Assembly: GCA_964016885.1 (NCBI GenBank)
Contig: OZ024758.1
Coordinates: 30,194,001 to 30,258,000, forward strand
Source: Eledone cirrhosa
Lineage: Eukaryota
Direction of reading: 5' to 3'
Length of the DNA stretch: 64,000 nt
Part shown: piece after piece, positions 63,001 through 64,000 of the stretch
How the letters are laid out: every line of letters starts with the position of its first letter
Numbering within the stretch: the stretch's first letter is position 1
The notes under the pieces: model-generated
Seen by the model: the letters and a program-made list of their open reading frames with translations, nothing else
What the model was told of the DNA's origin: nothing
The model's database searches: none
Program-made: the position numbers and the translations under genes

Positions 63001-63457
63001 GGAGAGAGAATTCTGGTTGCATATGGCTGGTTTAAATACTAAAGGGTTAACCAATGTAAACATGGAAAATAGACACAAAACAGTGATGATGATGGTGAAG
63101 GAGAGGCTTCTCAATAAAAAGGTTTCTTTTAAACTGCATCACTTGGTCCTTGGTTGCCTTGAAATGCCAGCATTTCAACCAAGCCTTTGATTCCTTCCCT
63201 ATCAGCATTTTGTCCTGTGGTTGGACATTTAGAGCATCAGTCTCACCAGTCTGGAAGGACCTGGCAAATTTAACTGCCCTCCTCCTCTAACTAACTTATA
63301 ACAGCAAGATTAAAAATGTCTATTTATTTTTTTTTAATTAACCCTCTTTTATTACTTTGTCTTTTACTAGATTTTTATATGATGTATTCAATGTTTTTGT
63401 ACCTTGTAGGATATAGAGAGTTTATTAAGTATGGAAGCATTAAAGACACATTTCAAA
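20953..63457 (+). CDS. PALD1: Paladin-like (PALD1 family) protein, probably a pseudophosphatase in domain 1; 14 coding exons, 561 codons, 3' part beyond window
   Basis: Manually spliced exons keep frame across all GT-AG junctions (1683 nt). Paladin motifs appear in the expected order: EHILI-NKFFLVSD, LYGLAQP, FNLREEPVL, EEQFDSF, KGEFQVI..LPDG, VD..ID, ALEYLERYFYLICFNAYL, FSEWM..HP.LYR, VYGMAQPS, FINLRND. Orthologue versus paralogue status is unresolved. Confidence 0.88.
22172..22560 (+). mobile_element. RTE-clade LINE 3' fragment, degenerate
   Basis: RIRSRIQAAKMGFLR...IERSQLRY..HV.RM..ER...PTGRRPRGRP..RW. Confidence 0.8.
22667..23077 (+). mobile_element. Probable solo LTR
   Basis: TG start, CCAAT at 22707, TATAAAA at 22799, CT-rich tract, ATTAAA near 23015, TGTTAyA-like end; GC/CpG richer than flanks; TSD ambiguous. 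Confidence 0.5.
24214..24301. mobile_element. Tiny Tc1/mariner-type MITE remnant
   Basis: TA-CCGGGTGTCTTAAAAG ... CTTTTGGGACACCCTG-TA. Confidence 0.6.
24648..24836 (+). mobile_element. SINE A
   Basis: Family consensus; flanked by duplicated TTAAATTACTACACAT. Confidence 0.85.
25533..25925 (+). mobile_element. SINE B (a partial copy also lies at 25160-25290)
   Basis: Family consensus. Confidence 0.85.
26255..26391 (+). CDS. PALD1: Paladin-like exon 2 (TPFKRNNVIISF...GKLVEETAEHILID)
   Basis: tttcag acceptor, gttagt donor, 137 nt; resembles the paladin VVITYNCKEEFQ...GRL..PEHYLVQ region. Confidence 0.85.
26429..27268. mobile_element. hAT (Charlie-like) MITE with nested SINEs
   Basis: TIR CAGAGGTTCTCAAA / TTTGAGAACCTCTG; 8 bp TSD TTCTAAAA / TTCTAACA; SINE A at 26923-27112 and a related SINE at 26521-26808 inside. 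Confidence 0.82.
27666..28027 (+). mobile_element. SINE B (a related CORE-type SINE lies at 27360-27615)
   Basis: Family consensus. Confidence 0.85.
28918..29130 (+). mobile_element. Degenerate CRE-like retrotransposon 3' coding fragment
   Basis: VAIEMSGILG..ADLLHKIG....KEPR..GWLLQ.V.LAIV.G.AFAILS resembles the CRE RLE tail and the fragment at 5230-6500. Confidence 0.6.
29168..29395. mobile_element. piggyBac-like MITE family 1
   Basis: TTAA-CCCTTTAGCATTTA ... TAAATGCTAAAGGG-TTAA. Confidence 0.9.
29507..31373. repeat. 14 bp minisatellite (ATGTTACATTA[T/C]AT), ~130 units
   Basis: Directly visible. Confidence 0.97.
31374..31562 (+). mobile_element. SINE A
   Basis: Family consensus; flanks share ATATGTTACATA. 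Confidence 0.88.
31634..33144. mobile_element. MITE family 1 expanded by an internal 60/72 bp minisatellite (31781-33130, ~20 units)
   Basis: Both TTAA/TIR ends retained; the unit equals the MITE subterminal segment. Confidence 0.9.
33209..33388 (+). CDS. PALD1: Paladin-like exon 3 (NKFFLVSD...LPLYGLAQP...HNNKP)
   Basis: tgtag acceptor, gtaagt donor, 180 nt, phase 0/0. Confidence 0.9.
33474..33815 (+). mobile_element. SINE B
   Basis: Family consensus. Confidence 0.87.
34563..35585. repeat. 70 bp minisatellite, ~14.5 units
   Basis: Unit ATGTACACCAGGTCCCAACACAGAGGAGCCAAACTCCCACTGTCACCACCTCTGTCTCTCCCACTCTCTC; single-copy homologue near 5233-5330. Confidence 0.96.
35748..35918 (+). CDS. PALD1: Paladin-like exon 4 (VLLFNLREEPVLIL...ELLLRKQ)
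   Basis: tgtag acceptor, gtatgt donor, 171 nt; LREEPV motif. Confidence 0.92.
36355..36570. mobile_element. MITE family 1 inserted into a SINE A-like copy (36307-36720); another SINE A at 36730-36917
   Basis: TTAA flanks; SINE sequence resumes on both sides. Confidence 0.8.
37039..37309. mobile_element. Probable hAT MITE
   Basis: TIR-like CAGAGGCGTAACAAGGG / CCCTAGTTATGCCCCT; imperfect 8 bp TSD GTTAAACC / GTTAGAGC. Confidence 0.5.
37946..38100 (+). CDS. PALD1: Paladin-like exon 5 (VLKYAATNNN...FEYPGIR)
   Basis: cacag acceptor, gtaagc donor, 155 nt, phase 0/2. Confidence 0.88.
39245..40130 (+). mobile_element. Internally deleted mariner (Tc1/mariner) element with ~103 bp inverted ends
   Basis: TA TSDs; transposase remnants KFLVRLGKTPSE..., MRKVCVKMVPKRL, VITGDESWIFEYD, RFEDVDDIK, GDYFEG; frameshifted, catalytic middle deleted. 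Confidence 0.9.
40741..42812. repeat. 40 bp minisatellite, ~52 units
   Basis: Unit TGTTGACTGCTGTGTATATTTTACACAGCTACAGTTGCTG. Confidence 0.97.
42958..45482. repeat. 43 bp minisatellite, ~59 units
   Basis: Unit CATGTTAGGATGAGTTATCTCGTCTGTGGCACTGGAGTGTATA. Confidence 0.97.
45642..45717 (+). CDS. PALD1: Paladin-like exon 6 (YNRFCLPLYSASTEEQFDSFITFMT)
   Basis: tttcag acceptor, gtaaat donor, 76 nt, phase 2/0; resembles paladin YHRLPLP...EAQLDAF. Confidence 0.88.
45790..46238 (-). mobile_element. SINE B
   Basis: Reverse complement of the family consensus. Confidence 0.85.
46499..46641 (+). CDS. PALD1: Paladin-like exon 7, degenerate P-loop (LPGIFIGKDKKDERCATAVVLCSL)
   Basis: Polypyrimidine tract plus acag acceptor, gtaagt donor, 143 nt, phase 0/2. 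Confidence 0.85.
47354..47562. mobile_element. MITE family 1
   Basis: TTAA/TIR ends. Confidence 0.85.
47696..47807 (+). CDS. PALD1: Paladin-like exon 8 (YEKGEFQVIRTLTSQLPDGLKRKHQ)
   Basis: ttcag acceptor, gtaaat donor, 112 nt, phase 2/0. Confidence 0.9.
48708..48809 (+). CDS. PALD1: Paladin-like exon 9 (VDVIIDMCCGDGINLRHNIL...NNQ)
   Basis: tgcag acceptor, gtaagt donor, 102 nt. Confidence 0.9.
49030..49263 (-). mobile_element. 3' end fragment of a CR1-like LINE (inverted relative to the copy at 49760)
   Basis: Reverse complement resembles 50455-50670 (AGTGCTCAGGTGCACTACAACTCATCAAA). Confidence 0.75.
49335..50830. mobile_element. MITE family 1 with ~5 tandem 73 bp subterminal units and a nested LINE
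   Basis: TTAA-CCCTTTAGCATT start; MITE sequence resumes at 50681. Confidence 0.82.
49760..50680 (+). mobile_element. 5'-truncated CR1-group LINE (RT C-terminal region, open frame to 50533, then 3' UTR and ATT-rich tail)
   Basis: LQSDLD..W...WQL....KC, DLGI, LY.AMVRPHLEF...VWNPY, LE.VQRRATK, Y.ERL, TRGH, FF..RV..WN.LP. Confidence 0.9.
51811..52026. mobile_element. MITE family 1
   Basis: TTAA/TIR ends. Confidence 0.87.
52072..52164 (+). CDS. PALD1: Paladin-like exon 10 (KKALEYLERYFYLICFNAYLAEQ)
   Basis: Hallmark LERYFYLI.FN.YL motif; gtaggt donor; an alternative in-frame acceptor at 52086 is possible. Confidence 0.92.
52510..53199 (-). mobile_element. SINE A (52510-52702) and SINE B (52888-53199)
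   Basis: Family consensus matches. Confidence 0.82.
53428..53742 (+). mobile_element. Older CORE-type tRNA-derived SINE
   Basis: TGGCTTTGTGG A-box, GAGTTTGATTCC B-box, TTGAGCAAGACACTT core, different tail from SINE B. Confidence 0.7.
53972..54097 (+). CDS. PALD1: Paladin-like exon 11 (SNQGFCINFSEWMLKHPNLYRI...DCIL)
   Basis: tttcag acceptor, gtatat donor, 126 nt. Confidence 0.88.
54772..55000. mobile_element. MITE family 1
   Basis: TTAA/TIR ends. Confidence 0.87.
55935..56109. mobile_element. hAT-type MITE
   Basis: TIR CAGTGCCGGATTT / AAATCCAGCATTG; perfect 8 bp TSD GGTATAGT. Confidence 0.8.
56556..56672 (+). CDS. PALD1: Paladin-like exon 12 (IEDTF...VNFQKV..LSVYGMAQPSSK)
   Basis: caag acceptor, gtaagt donor, 117 nt; start of the second repeat domain. 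Confidence 0.88.
57190..61494. mobile_element. MITE family 2, copy 2, with an internal 39 bp minisatellite
   Basis: TTAA-CCTGTTGACTGTC ... GGCACTGAAGAGG-TTAA; carries single copies of the sequences amplified in the 40 and 43 bp arrays. Confidence 0.85.
57695..61327. repeat. 39 bp minisatellite, ~93 units
   Basis: Unit AACTTTGACTATCAACACACCAGCTGTGGAACTAGTACC. Confidence 0.97.
61555..61772 (-). mobile_element. SINE A
   Basis: Family consensus. Confidence 0.78.
61809..62323. mobile_element. MITE family 2, copy 3 (~107 bp, reversed), followed by 21 x 20 bp repeats of its TIR plus TTAA
   Basis: TTAA-ACTCTTCAGTGCC ... then (TGTGGCAGTCAACAGGTTAA)x21 at 61904-62323. Confidence 0.88.
62366..62521 (+). 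CDS. PALD1: Paladin-like exon 13 (SVRKIMDHL...VVFINLRND...PVYFH)
   Basis: tttcag acceptor, gtaagt donor, 156 nt. Confidence 0.88.
62822..63050. mobile_element. MITE family 1
   Basis: TTAA/TIR ends. Confidence 0.85.
63410..63457 (+). CDS. PALD1: Paladin-like exon 14 (DIESLLSMEALKTHFK)
   Basis: tgtag acceptor, gtaagt donor, 48 nt in frame; resembles paladin QLETLEAQLKAHL. Confidence 0.7.
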
Positions 63458-63519
63458 GTAAGTCATTGTTTCATTCTACAAGTCCTTCATGTCATCATAA
63501 TAATTATAATTGATTTATT

Positions 63520-64000
63520 CTTTAAAGCTCAAGTATCTTGGGCCATGTTCACAAGTGATGGAAGGCAGGATGCTGAATTAAGTGCAAGAATTGCAGGAGC
63601 TGGTGCAGTAATGTGTCAGCTTCAGCATTCAGTAACCAGAAAGGAGATAGGCGTAAAAATCAAACTTGCTATCCTCAATTCAGTTTTCGTGTCATGAATC
63701 CTGGTTAATGACCAAAAGAATACGATTGCGAATACAAGCGGTTGAAATGCCCCCCCCCCCCCCCCCCCCCCAGGTCTTTGGAGTTATATTACTCGATAAA
63801 GTGCGTAACTTGGAGATCAGAAAGTCACTCCCGGTAGAGCCACTACTTCTCTGAATTGAGATATCACAGCTCCGATACTCTGGGCATGTGATTAGAATGT
63901 CTTAATAAAGAATCGCTGGACAGATTTTACGAGCAAAACCAACCGGCAAGAGACCTAGGAGTAGAGCCTGAGTAAGATGGTTGGATAACATCCATGAGCT
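63520..64000 (+). mobile_element. RTE-clade LINE fragment, same family as 22172-22560
   Basis: FTSDGRQDAEL..RI..AGAVM, ESW.MT.RIR.RIQA.EM, SQLRY.GHV.RM; frameshifted. Confidence 0.8.

Overview
Repeat-saturated eukaryotic genomic DNA. The SINE families and the density of simple repeats suggest an octopus or other coleoid cephalopod (inferred, not proven). One real gene is present on the + strand: a divergent paladin (PALD1)-like gene. Fourteen GT-AG coding exons from 20953 to 63457 splice in frame into 561 codons, and the gene continues past the window end. Its first phosphatase-like domain has lost the catalytic CX5R cysteine. The rest is intronic or intergenic: two main tRNA-derived SINE families, Helitrons, two TTAA-targeting piggyBac-like MITE families, hAT and mariner derivatives, CR1/RTE/CRE LINE fragments, a probable solo LTR, and many long micro- and minisatellites. 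All long ORFs in the supplied track come from these repeats. The most striking pattern is that most of the long minisatellites are tandem amplifications of a piece of a transposon, and many sit inside their parent element. One piggyBac-like MITE family carries four different arrays (40, 43, 39 and 20 bp units), three of them built from its own ends.
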